Positions 9,930 through 18,522 of a DNA stretch of 64,000 nt are shown here, piece after piece. Origin of the DNA: Candidatus Delongbacteria bacterium (GTDB lineage Bacteria; CAIWAD01); assembly GCA_963663545.1 (NCBI GenBank), contig OY760505.1:1216001-1280000 (forward strand), in the 5' to 3' direction. How positions within the stretch are numbered: position 1 is the stretch's first letter; every line of letters begins with the position of its first letter. Below the pieces are notes generated by a model, which did not search any database, had not been told where the DNA came from, and saw only the letters and a list, made by a program, of their open reading frames with translations. The position numbers and the translations under genes were made by a program.

Positions 9930-10160
9930 CGAAGGTCACACTAATAATACGAGACTTAGCAGGTGATTGGTCTCATTCGCTCAAAAATCTTGTTCAAGAT
10001 ACGCCAGGAAGCGTTGTGTATTGAACAGTAATTAACTTCATGATTAAAATAACCCTATACATATCAGTAAATCATAAAGTAGCAGACAATCAAATAGCGA
10101 ACAGTGCTATAGATCCGCGTCTACCGCAATGCAAGTGTAGAGCAATCCAGCATGGGCAGA

Positions 10161-10191
10161 AAAAACCCCGACCTTCTTGCGAAGGTCGGGG
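10161..10191 (-). terminator. Intrinsic terminator
   Basis: Perfect 11-bp stem CCCCGACCTTC/GAAGGTCGGGG, GCAA loop and U-run on the minus strand. Confidence 0.85.
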
Positions 10192-10239
10192 CCGATTCTT
10201 GCAGAAATCTACGCGCCCACAGGGGGGGCAAAGCAACGC

Positions 10240-12168
10240 TTAGCGGACCAGCACCATCTTGTGCGTGGCGACCTGGCCATTGGCACTCAGGGTGTAGAAA
10301 TACACACCACTGGTCAGGTTGCTGGCATCGAAGGTCACAGTATGCGTACCGCTCTCAACCATGCCGTTCACCAGAGTGGCGACCTGCTGGCCAGCCAGGT
10401 TGTAGACAGCCAAATTCACCATGCCGGTCTCAACCGTGAACTCGATATTCGTGGTCGGGTTGAAGGGGTTCGGATAGTTCTGCGACAGGGCGAAGTCAAC
10501 CGGAGTCTCAACTGCGGCAGCCGGGTTGCAATCGACTACGTCGACGTGAAGCTCGAAGTTACCGGAAGCACTTTCGTAACCGGAAATCAGCACGTAATAG
10601 GTACCAGCGGGCAGCATGCCGTCGCAATCAAAGAGGACATGGGTTGCAAAGTCTTCGGCATACAGACCGTCGTTGCAGCCCAGGTAATTGGTGGCTTCAT
10701 CGTACTCGTCATCACAGGGCATGTAGTTCCAGAAGTAGTAGGAATCGGTGTCAAAGTCGGTGCCCGCAAAATAGGTGTTGATTTCAATGGCAGTGGGCTC
10801 GGCCAATGTCAGGCTGAAGCACACATCACCAGCAGTGGTGCCGTAGACGTCTGGGGCACCGACATTGCTACCCAAGGTCTCCCAATGGCCATCCACCAAC
10901 ACGATGTCGGTGCAAACCAGGTCATCACAAGGATCCTCAACCACGCCGCAATCATTGCAAGTCAAGGTCAGCGTGAAGTCACTGATGGCGCCATCATAAC
11001 CGTCCACAATGATGTAGTAGCTACCGGGATCCAGGCAAGTAGTGGTGAAACTGTTATCGCCATAAGCAATGGCTGCCGTCGGCGTGGCAGCGGGGCTCAG
11101 ATACGCATCGAGGTCAGCCGACATGCCACTCAGGGCAATGGTCAGCTCAGCCGCTGTCAGCAGCTCAAACGAGTAGGCCACTTCGGGACCGATCTCGGCG
11201 TAGCCGATTCCATAGTCGCTAATGACGCCTTCGCAGCCACCGTTGTTGCCGGTCACAACATCGCCACAAGCGATGGGCGTTGCATTCAGGAAGGGCTCGC
11301 AAGGTTCAACCACTCCGCCACACTCTTCGCAGGTCACTGTCAGAGTGAAGTCGGAAGCGGCGGTGCCATAACCATCAACCATGATGTAGTAGGTACCAGC
11401 CGTAACGCAATCCGTCACTGCGGTAGCATTGTTGTAGGCAATGCAGTCTGCGGGATCAGCTGAGGCCAGGATGAAAACATCCAGATCCGCACTCAGGTTG
11501 GTGATGGCCGCAGTGATTTCCATGTCCGCCGTAGTGGTCAACACGTAGGCGACTTCGGGTCCGCCCTCGTTCCAAGAGACGCAGCTGTAAGTGCTGATGG
11601 AGCTTTCGCAGTCGATGAGCGTGGTTCCCTGAACAACATCACCGCAGCTGATAGCAACGGCATCCAAGAAGGGCTCACAGGGATCGGGCTCAACAACGCA
11701 CTCAGTGCAGGTCAACCCCAAGGTGAAATCCATCTCGACGACATCCCAGTTGTCGATGCGGATTTTGTAGTCACCGGCGGCCAGGCAGTTCACGACGATC
11801 TGCTCGTTATCATCGTAGGTTGCGCTTTCACCCAACTCAGCCGTGCAATCGCCGTTCACCAGATAAAGATCCAGATCACCGTCATCGTAGACGGCGCTCA
11901 GGTCGATGGTCACGTCCGACGCTGCGGTCAGCGTGAAGGCATAATAGGTCTCGAACTCACCTAAGGTGTTGTCGACATCCGTACCGCCGCACACGATAGT
12001 CTCCGCCTCTTCACAGCTTGCTCCCCCACGAAGCGAACCATGCTCGGCACTATAAGCGGCCAGTCCCCTCTCAATCGCTTTTTTGTGGGTCATCGCCTTG
12101 TCTGCCAACGCGGGCAAGCTACAGGCACCAACCAAGGCTACGACAAGAAGTGTCTTGATCGAATTCAT
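10240..12168 (-). CDS. Secreted acidic Cys-rich repeat protein with T9SS type A sorting domain, paralog B (four modules)
   Basis: Same architecture as 8313..9866 with one extra 'PCEPFL.A..I.CGDVV.G' module; tail 'QNYPNPFNPTT...SGVYFYTL...HKMVLVR'. Confidence 0.85.
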   Translation of the reverse strand: MNSIKTLLVVALVGACSLPALADKAMTHKKAIERGLAAYSAEHGSLRGGASCEEAETIVCGGTDVDNTLGEFETYYAFTLTAASDVTIDLSAVYDDGDLDLYLVNGDCTAELGESATYDDNEQIVVNCLAAGDYKIRIDNWDVVEMDFTLGLTCTECVVEPDPCEPFLDAVAISCGDVVQGTTLIDCESSISTYSCVSWNEGGPEVAYVLTTTADMEITAAITNLSADLDVFILASADPADCIAYNNATAVTDCVTAGTYYIMVDGYGTAASDFTLTVTCEECGGVVEPCEPFLNATPIACGDVVTGNNGGCEGVISDYGIGYAEIGPEVAYSFELLTAAELTIALSGMSADLDAYLSPAATPTAAIAYGDNSFTTTCLDPGSYYIIVDGYDGAISDFTLTLTCNDCGVVEDPCDDLVCTDIVLVDGHWETLGSNVGAPDVYGTTAGDVCFSLTLAEPTAIEINTYFAGTDFDTDSYYFWNYMPCDDEYDEATNYLGCNDGLYAEDFATHVLFDCDGMLPAGTYYVLISGYESASGNFELHVDVVDCNPAAAVETPVDFALSQNYPNPFNPTTNIEFTVETGMVNLAVYNLAGQQVATLVNGMVESGTHTVTFDASNLTSGVYFYTLSANGQVATHKMVLVR

Positions 12169-12219
12169 TCGAATCTCCTGCTGTCTAGAATGTTAGTGTT
12201 TTAGGGCGAAGCGGCTACT

Positions 12220-12235
12220 TGCACAAACCATGCCG
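12220..12235 (-). promoter_or_regulatory. Sigma54 (-24/-12) promoter candidate
   Basis: Minus strand CGGCATGGTTTGTGCA (GG-N10-GC), about 52 bp upstream of ATG 12168. Confidence 0.6.
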
Positions 12236-12450
12236 AATACAATCCTAACACTAGAACGCTGTTTTCTTGAAAGTTAATCCTGTATCGATTTTCCATTCGT
12301 TGACAAGACTGTCGAGAATTGGTCACTCCAACCACTCTGCTTTGTCTGTGTGAAATAATGCGGTGTCCGAACAAAGCCTATACAAAGCTAACAAGGACGA
12401 CTTAGGGGCGAGATTTCAAACGGCCAAACGAGACCGAAATCGGAGGAAGA

Positions 12451-12483
12451 GAAAACCCCGGCCTTCTTGCGAAAACCGGAGTT
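12451..12483 (-). terminator. Intrinsic terminator, related in sequence to 10161-10191
   Basis: Minus-strand RNA AACUCCGGUUUUC-GCAA-GAAGGCCGGGGUU pairs fully only with G-U wobble, consistent with minus-strand function. Confidence 0.65.
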
Positions 12484-12535
12484 GGATGAAATGGAAATCA
12501 CACAGCGAGCGATCGCTGGGCGATGAGAGAATCGA

Positions 12536-12847
12536 TCAGCACTTCTTCTTGCTTTTGTACACGCAGCTGGCCTTGGTACCACCGCCCCAGACTGAAACAG
12601 CTCCCATCAGAAAACCGAAATCGTACCAGGCGCCGGTGTTGTGCAACTCGTACATATGTACACTGCGATTGAAGATGTGCACGATGAGGCTGATCATTGA
12701 GATGGCGCCATGCCAGAGGCCCATCCAGAAGCCAGCCGGCGCATCCGCGGTGAAGCGCTCGTTGCCCGGAGTGCAGGCTGTACACAGAAGCAGCAGGCCA
12801 AGTACCGCCAGCAGCAGTCGTCCATGTTTATACAGTATGTTTCGCAT
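12536..12847 (-). CDS. Small membrane lipoprotein, hypothetical
   Basis: Lipobox-like LLLCTAC; 'PAGFWMGLWHG...YELHNTGAWYDFGFLMG' with hydrophobic segments. Confidence 0.75.
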   Translation of the reverse strand: MRNILYKHGRLLLAVLGLLLLCTACTPGNERFTADAPAGFWMGLWHGAISMISLIVHIFNRSVHMYELHNTGAWYDFGFLMGAVSVWGGGTKASCVYKSKKKC

Positions 12848-12857
12848 TTGTGTCTCC

Positions 12858-13472
12858 TTATTCTGTGCTTTTGTGCCCCAACTCGCATAGCAACAAGTTG
12901 GCTTTCACCACCAGTAGACGACAAGAGTTTTCGGTATGCAAACGAAAGTCTCGCACTGCATTGTCTGAAAGCAGTATCAGATGCCCCTGCGGAAGCAGAC
13001 TCGCGCCCGCTGGCGTTTCGACCAGCGCTTCGCCCTGATGCGCGTACAGCAGCAGGCTTTGCCAGGGCGCGGCCAGCCTCAACGCCTCAACCGAGTCGCC
13101 ACGCAGAAGAATCGAAGCGAGCTCGCCTTCGGCCTCGCCCATGCACATCAGGTTGAAATCCGTGCAGGTACCGGTGGCGGTGGTGATCCAGTCGCCGTCG
13201 AAGCACTCCAGCTCAAAGGGACGCAACTCTCGCATGTAGCGCTCTTCGTGCTCAAGGGTAATGGCCCCCTCGAGCAACATCAACTGACGACGTACACCAG
13301 GCAAGGAAGTGAAGTTGGAAGTCTCGGCTTCCACGCGCGCGGTGCTCAGGCGCAGGCTGAAGTCTCGATTCGCATAGCTGGCCTTAGGTGGCCACAGGAA
13401 AAGCTGTGTCGTTGTGCCGCCGGACCAAGTGGTAGTGGCAAAATCGGCGGGACCGTAGAGTCGCTGAAGCAT
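12858..13472 (-). CDS. HutD/Ves family protein
   Basis: 'WSGGTTTQL', 'RLSTARVE', 'FTSLPGVRRQLMLLEG', 'FDGDW', 'DFNLM'. Confidence 0.85.
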   Translation of the reverse strand: MLQRLYGPADFATTTWSGGTTTQLFLWPPKASYANRDFSLRLSTARVEAETSNFTSLPGVRRQLMLLEGAITLEHEERYMRELRPFELECFDGDWITTATGTCTDFNLMCMGEAEGELASILLRGDSVEALRLAAPWQSLLLYAHQGEALVETPAGASLLPQGHLILLSDNAVRDFRLHTENSCRLLVVKANLLLCELGHKSTE

Positions 13473-13673
13473 TCTCGTCCTCAATCTCATGCATTGTACC
13501 CGGGCGCTCAAAGTGGCAAATGCAGTAAAAGAAAAAGAGAAGGATCCGCTCGTGAAGCGGCCGTCTCGATTTGGAAGATGTCTTCGTCTTCGCTATTCTT
13601 ATGGTCGCCTAAGTTTTTTCGCCACCAATCAGATTGTACTCAATGCACCATCGGGTACAGAGAGGAACACGAG

Positions 13674-14276
13674 ATGAATAGCCTAAAGCTGCATATGATC
13701 CAGCGACTTCCACTGGCCCTACTGCTGACCGGCATCTGCCTGGCACTCTCGCCGGCTACGGCCCGGGCCTGGGACGGCGAGCGCCAGGGCTTGCTGCTGG
13801 GCATCGGCGTGGGCGCGGGCGCCTACAGCTACTCGGGCGTTCAGCATGACCTGATCGGCCCAGGGGAGAAAACGGAATCCGGCATGGCGCTGGCCATCTC
13901 GCCGAAAATCGGCTACGCCATCAACAATCAGTGGGCGCTGCTCTACAGTCGTCACCCCTTCCTGTTTTCCGCCACCGACGACGCGGGCAAGGAGCACGAC
14001 ATGACGAGCTGTATCGAGTCCGTGGAAGTGCTCTACTTTCTGGACGAGCGCGCGCCCTCGCTCTACCTGGGCCTCGGCGCGGGGGTGGGCTACTTCTTCG
14101 ATGATAGCGTGAGCAACTACTCCAGCGAAGCGCTGAAAGGCGTTGGTCTGGTGGGCACGGTGGGCTACGAACCCTTCAAGCACGTGACGGCGGAACTCTC
14201 GCTGCACCTGAAGTCGCCACAGTCGGGGGCAACGGATCTGGGTGTGTCGCTGATTGTGAGTGTGCTGGGGTATTAG
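13674..14276 (+). CDS. Outer-membrane beta-barrel protein, hypothetical
   Basis: ATG 13674 after AGAGG; signal peptide ending ARA; 'GIGVGAG', 'KIGYA', 'YLGLGAG', 'VGYEP'; ends in GY. Confidence 0.8.
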   Translation: MNSLKLHMIQRLPLALLLTGICLALSPATARAWDGERQGLLLGIGVGAGAYSYSGVQHDLIGPGEKTESGMALAISPKIGYAINNQWALLYSRHPFLFSATDDAGKEHDMTSCIESVEVLYFLDERAPSLYLGLGAGVGYFFDDSVSNYSSEALKGVGLVGTVGYEPFKHVTAELSLHLKSPQSGATDLGVSLIVSVLGY

Positions 14277-14291
14277 GCGCATTCCGCACGA

Positions 14292-14615
14292 TCAGCTCGT
14301 GCGGAGTCGTTCCTCCACGGGAATGCGGTAGGCCGTCAGCTCGCGCTCAAGAGCAGCACACGGCTGTGTTTTCAAGGCAAACTGCAAAGGTGCTCTATCG
14401 CGAGCCCGTACGGTGACCACCGTCAGCCTGACCCAGATGACGTTGAAAAGGCCCACAACGAAGGAAACCACCGATAGGATAAGAGCAAAAACTACAGCCT
14501 GCGGATCCTCAAACAAGGCCGATCCATCAAACAAGTTGTCGAAGTTATGAAACAGCCACCACGCCACTCCGCAAAGGGCGCCGCCAACCAAGCTCTTCAA
14601 AAAAACACGCCGCAA
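14292..14615 (-). CDS. Hypothetical membrane protein (possibly 5'-truncated)
   Basis: Two hydrophobic segments; TTG start without clear SD; in-frame TAG six codons upstream. Confidence 0.4.
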   Translation of the reverse strand: MRRVFLKSLVGGALCGVAWWLFHNFDNLFDGSALFEDPQAVVFALILSVVSFVVGLFNVIWVRLTVVTVRARDRAPLQFALKTQPCAALERELTAYRIPVEERLRTS

Positions 14616-15159
14616 CTGCTGCCCGGGTCCCTAACCATTCTGCCTGCTGAGATAAAGGCTGCACACAGAAGCGATCCTCGTCCCCGGGCACATCACCCAC
14701 CCTCAGCAGATTGGAAAGTCAAAGTTCACCATCGGAGGTGTTCGACAGGTCGATCGCGCAAGCAATGCAAGCAAACAACAATGCGCTACCCATTGGCCAC
14801 GGGGCTTCGAGCACGTCAGCGCGCACAGTAACGATCGTTTCGATACGCCGCAATCTGAGAATAGCCGATTCCTAGCCGCAGTCAATCATCACAGAGCAAG
14901 AATACCTAGTTCCTACATCTCCTGTGATATCTCGGTTACTCCCAGGCTCACGTGTTACAACTGGTTGTGGCGCTCCGATCTCGTCCCCGATACCGATCCT
15001 GTTGTGCTGCAACAGGCCCGACCTGAAGGGTCGGCAGCGATACCGATTCTTGAAGCTAAGGACTCCTCCACGGATTCCCCTCCTCCCCGCGCCCGGCACT
15101 CCCTATATTGGTGACAACTGGTTCGATGGACCCACACCACAAAGCAGACTGGATGCGCC

Positions 15160-18100
15160 ATGGGAAGCCCGACCCGCCTCTCCGCCCTTCATCATGTTGC
15201 GAAAGACACCACCAGCCACCGGGATCGCGAAACGCGCCTTCGGGTTCTCGCGCTGCTTTTCGGGATAAGTCTGAGTACGCTTGTACTGGGAGCCGATGTC
15301 TATCCTTCGCGTGCCGCAGCAGATCGCGATAGCTCGTCTACCTCCCTTTCCCAATCGGTATCGGGATCGCTATCGGTATCGGTATCGAGTTTTGATTCTC
15401 AGTCACAAGCAGGCAGCGATGAATCTCAATCGAACCCGATCTCCGAATCCCCCACTCGCGAAAACTCTGCAACAGGAATCTTAAGCCGGAACTCGATACC
15501 GATACCGATCCCGATACCGACGGAACAAGATCCTGAACCCAAAGGCGATCGAACCGCCGCGCTGCCCTACACCACCAACCGCACACACCGCGTCGGCAAA
15601 GTCTGGCTGACGGTCAACAATTGGGGCTGGTTGGGCAACTTCAACGATTACAACGACGAGGCTTACGCCGATCCGGAGTACCTGGATTGGGCCCCCCAGT
15701 GTGAGTTTCCCGGCGGCAGCGATGTGCAATACCTCTTCGCTGCGGGGCTGTGGGTTGGCAGCTTGATCGTGGACGAATCTGGCTACACCTATCCGCGCGT
15801 GAGCACCGGCGCCGACGGACTGGTGGCGGGCGAAGCGCACGAGTTTTTCCCCGACGACCATACGGGCATCATCGAGCGCAGCACGCGCCTGAACGCCTAC
15901 AACCGCATGGGCGAATCCATTAGCGACGAAGCCGCCATCAGCGAGCAGGATTTCATCGCCGCCTACACCGACACGCTGGTGGATTCCTACCTGACGCCGT
16001 CCATCGAGGGTGTGATACACGAACCCCTTGGCCTGCGCGTGACACAAAAGAGCTACGCATGGAGCTACTCCTACGCTCAGGATATCCTCATCATTGACTA
16101 CGAAGTAGAGAACGTCGCCAGCAAACACCTGAAGAATCTCTTCATCGGTTTCTACGTAGACGCCGATGTCGGCCGCCGTGGCTACACCGAAAAAGCTCAG
16201 GACGATATCGCGGGCTTCATCACTCAGGCCTACGACAGCGCACGCGGACAATGGGTCGATGTCAACACAGCCTGGATTGCCGACAACGACGGTCGCGACG
16301 CCGACCGTGATACAGGAAGCAATCTCGGCTGTCCTCATGTGGCCGGAGTGCGCGTGTTACGCAGCCCAAATCCCAAACTGGAAACCAGCTTCAACTGGTG
16401 GACCTCCTCTGCGGACATCAGCCAGGATTTCGGGCCAAGCTGGCAGCGCTGGGCCACCTCCACCGACGGCGACTGGACCAGTCTGCGCGGAACGCCCATG
16501 AACGACGAAGAGAAGTACTTCATCCTTAGCAATGGCGAGTTCGACTACGACCAGGTGCATGTGGCCAACAGCAGCTACGTAAACGCCAACCCTCAACGCT
16601 GGTACAGCGAAAGCGGCAGTGTAACACGCGAGGAGGCCTGGCAGGATCCCGCCACCAACACCGTGGACGCCGTGGATGTTGGCAACGGTTATGATACGCG
16701 CTACCTGATTTCCTGGGGACCAATGGGTATCTACGACTACACCGATGCCAGCGGCAAATGGATCTACCGCCTGAACCCCGGCGAGAAGTTCTCTTTCACG
16801 GTCTCACTGGTCATGGGCCGCAATTTCCACGACCGCAATCAACCGCAAGTGATGAATGCCGAAACCATTGACGAGGAGCTTTTCGATCCCCGCAATCTGG
16901 AAAACAGCGCTTTGTGGGCGGCGCGTATCTACGACAATGAGATGCACGACACGCCCCTCTTCGACTTCGGCGAGGACGGCATCCCCGGCACACTGGACCT
17001 GGGCGAAGGGGACGGCCTGCTGGATACTGGCGACGGCTGGTACGGCGAAGATGCGGGCAGCGACGGGCTTTACGCCGAGCTCCCCGCCGATCGCGACAGT
17101 GTAGCCGTCTGGTATTTCGGCCAGTTCATGGGTTGGTACAAAGGCCCCGATGCGGACGGCAGCGAAAACAACGGCATCCTGGACCCCGGCGAGGACGAGC
17201 TGCTGTGGTCGCTGGCCACTTTCAGCGCCGACTCGGGTTACGTGTATGCGGGTCCGCGATTCACGGATCACGGCCATACCTGGGTCGACGATGGACAGAA
17301 TGGTCGCGTCGCCTGGACCCTGGGCCAGTACGAGAACGACTGGTTCATCGGCCATCTGAACTTGAACGGTGTGCTGGATCGCGGCGATGGCATCCCCGAC
17401 TTCCAGGGCCCACCGCCGCCACCGCCTCCCTCGCTTTTCGCAGAGACCAGCGAGGACGAGATCATTCTGCGCTGGGGCAACAACTCAGAGAACTACGTGG
17501 ATCCCTTCAGCCACATTCGCGATTTCGAGGGCTACAACATCTGGGTGAGCAACCAGAACCTTGAGGACGGCTACAGCCTGCTGGCCTCTTTCGACCGTCT
17601 GGACTTCGGTTACTACGACCGCGATGGCTATCTGCGCACGCCGCCCGACACGCGCCCCTACGAAGAAGCACCGCTGGATACCACCAGTGAAGGCTGGTTC
17701 CGGCAGCCCATCGGCCCCAACAACGGCCTTGCCGCAATTCGCAATCCGCACGGCTGGCACGAAGCCTTTGTGGATCTGAACGGCGACCTGGTCTACAACG
17801 CGCCGGAAGCCTATGCCGATGTCAACCGCAACGGCCAGTACGATGAGGGCGAGCCCTTTGAAGACGTGAACTACAACCGTAGTTGGGATGCGGGCGAGAC
17901 CTACACCGACGAGAACGGCAACGGCAACTATGACGTGGCCGCAGACTACACGGTTTACGAGTATCACATCGGTCCGGTGCGCGCGCACTTCCCACGCTGG
18001 TATGCGGTAACCGCCTGGGACTTCGGCGACTTCCTGAGCGGTACGGAACCGCTGGAAAGCGCTTGCACGGCCAACGCACTGCAGCTGGCGCCCTCGGGCG

Positions 18101-18522
18101 TGAGCGGACGCAAAGTGCTCGCCGTTCCCAACCCATATCGCTTCGACCGGGACTACACTCAGAGCTACATGGTGGGCGCCGGCCCGGTGGGCGCACCGGA
18201 GAGTTCTCTCTCGTGGGAGAATCAGGACGACGGTGATCCAACCTTCTGGCCGCAGCAAGACAGGCGCATGGACTTCATCAACCTGCCCGCCAAGTGTCTG
18301 ATCCGCATCTACTCGCTGTCGGGCGATCTGGTGCAGATTCTGCCTCACAATGTGTCCGGTGATACAAACTATGGCTGGGCGGCCGACTATAGCGAGAGCT
18401 GGAACCTGAACAACCGCAACTACCAGCTTGTCAGCAGCGGGCTCTACTTCTTTTCCGTTGAGGATTTGACGGAAGAAGGCAAGGGCGAGATCCAGACCGG
18501 GAAATTCGTTATCGTTCGCTGA
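15160..18522 (+). CDS. Large secreted protein with Ca-binding DxNxNG repeats, Fn3-like segment and 'VPNPY'-type C-terminal sorting domain
   Basis: Signal-like 'RLRVLALLFGISLSTLVLGA'; 'YLFAAGLWVG'; 'PDFQGPPPPPPP', 'DFEGYNIW'; tail 'VPNPY...FINLPAKCLIRIYSLSGDLV...SGLYFFSVE...GKFVIVR'. Confidence 0.85.
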   Translation: MGSPTRLSALHHVAKDTTSHRDRETRLRVLALLFGISLSTLVLGADVYPSRAAADRDSSSTSLSQSVSGSLSVSVSSFDSQSQAGSDESQSNPISESPTRENSATGILSRNSIPIPIPIPTEQDPEPKGDRTAALPYTTNRTHRVGKVWLTVNNWGWLGNFNDYNDEAYADPEYLDWAPQCEFPGGSDVQYLFAAGLWVGSLIVDESGYTYPRVSTGADGLVAGEAHEFFPDDHTGIIERSTRLNAYNRMGESISDEAAISEQDFIAAYTDTLVDSYLTPSIEGVIHEPLGLRVTQKSYAWSYSYAQDILIIDYEVENVASKHLKNLFIGFYVDADVGRRGYTEKAQDDIAGFITQAYDSARGQWVDVNTAWIADNDGRDADRDTGSNLGCPHVAGVRVLRSPNPKLETSFNWWTSSADISQDFGPSWQRWATSTDGDWTSLRGTPMNDEEKYFILSNGEFDYDQVHVANSSYVNANPQRWYSESGSVTREEAWQDPATNTVDAVDVGNGYDTRYLISWGPMGIYDYTDASGKWIYRLNPGEKFSFTVSLVMGRNFHDRNQPQVMNAETIDEELFDPRNLENSALWAARIYDNEMHDTPLFDFGEDGIPGTLDLGEGDGLLDTGDGWYGEDAGSDGLYAELPADRDSVAVWYFGQFMGWYKGPDADGSENNGILDPGEDELLWSLATFSADSGYVYAGPRFTDHGHTWVDDGQNGRVAWTLGQYENDWFIGHLNLNGVLDRGDGIPDFQGPPPPPPPSLFAETSEDEIILRWGNNSENYVDPFSHIRDFEGYNIWVSNQNLEDGYSLLASFDRLDFGYYDRDGYLRTPPDTRPYEEAPLDTTSEGWFRQPIGPNNGLAAIRNPHGWHEAFVDLNGDLVYNAPEAYADVNRNGQYDEGEPFEDVNYNRSWDAGETYTDENGNGNYDVAADYTVYEYHIGPVRAHFPRWYAVTAWDFGDFLSGTEPLESACTANALQLAPSGVSGRKVLAVPNPYRFDRDYTQSYMVGAGPVGAPESSLSWENQDDGDPTFWPQQDRRMDFINLPAKCLIRIYSLSGDLVQILPHNVSGDTNYGWAADYSESWNLNNRNYQLVSSGLYFFSVEDLTEEGKGEIQTGKFVIVR
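15355..15520. repeat. Inverted-repeat element built from GTATCG/CGATAC hexamers, inside the CDS
   Basis: Left arm 15355-15391 and right arm 15490-15520 are reverse complements over 31 bp apart from one extra 6-bp unit. Confidence 0.85.

Noticed and set aside
12981..13673. 431-aa plus-strand ORF 12981..14276
   Set aside because: Its 5' half is antisense to the HutD gene; the real gene most likely starts at ATG 13674 (SD and signal peptide)
14616..14700. Stop-codon readthrough extending the 14292..14615 ORF through an in-frame TAG
   Set aside because: TAG is a normal stop in many genes here and the upstream peptide has no recognisable features; decay or a short gene is more likely
13500..15160. 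Mobile element or prophage boundary
   Set aside because: No transposase, integrase, tRNA target or terminal/direct repeats identified
14975..15520. (CGATAC)n arrays as a CRISPR array
   Set aside because: No regularly spaced 25-45 bp direct repeats with unique spacers and no cas genes
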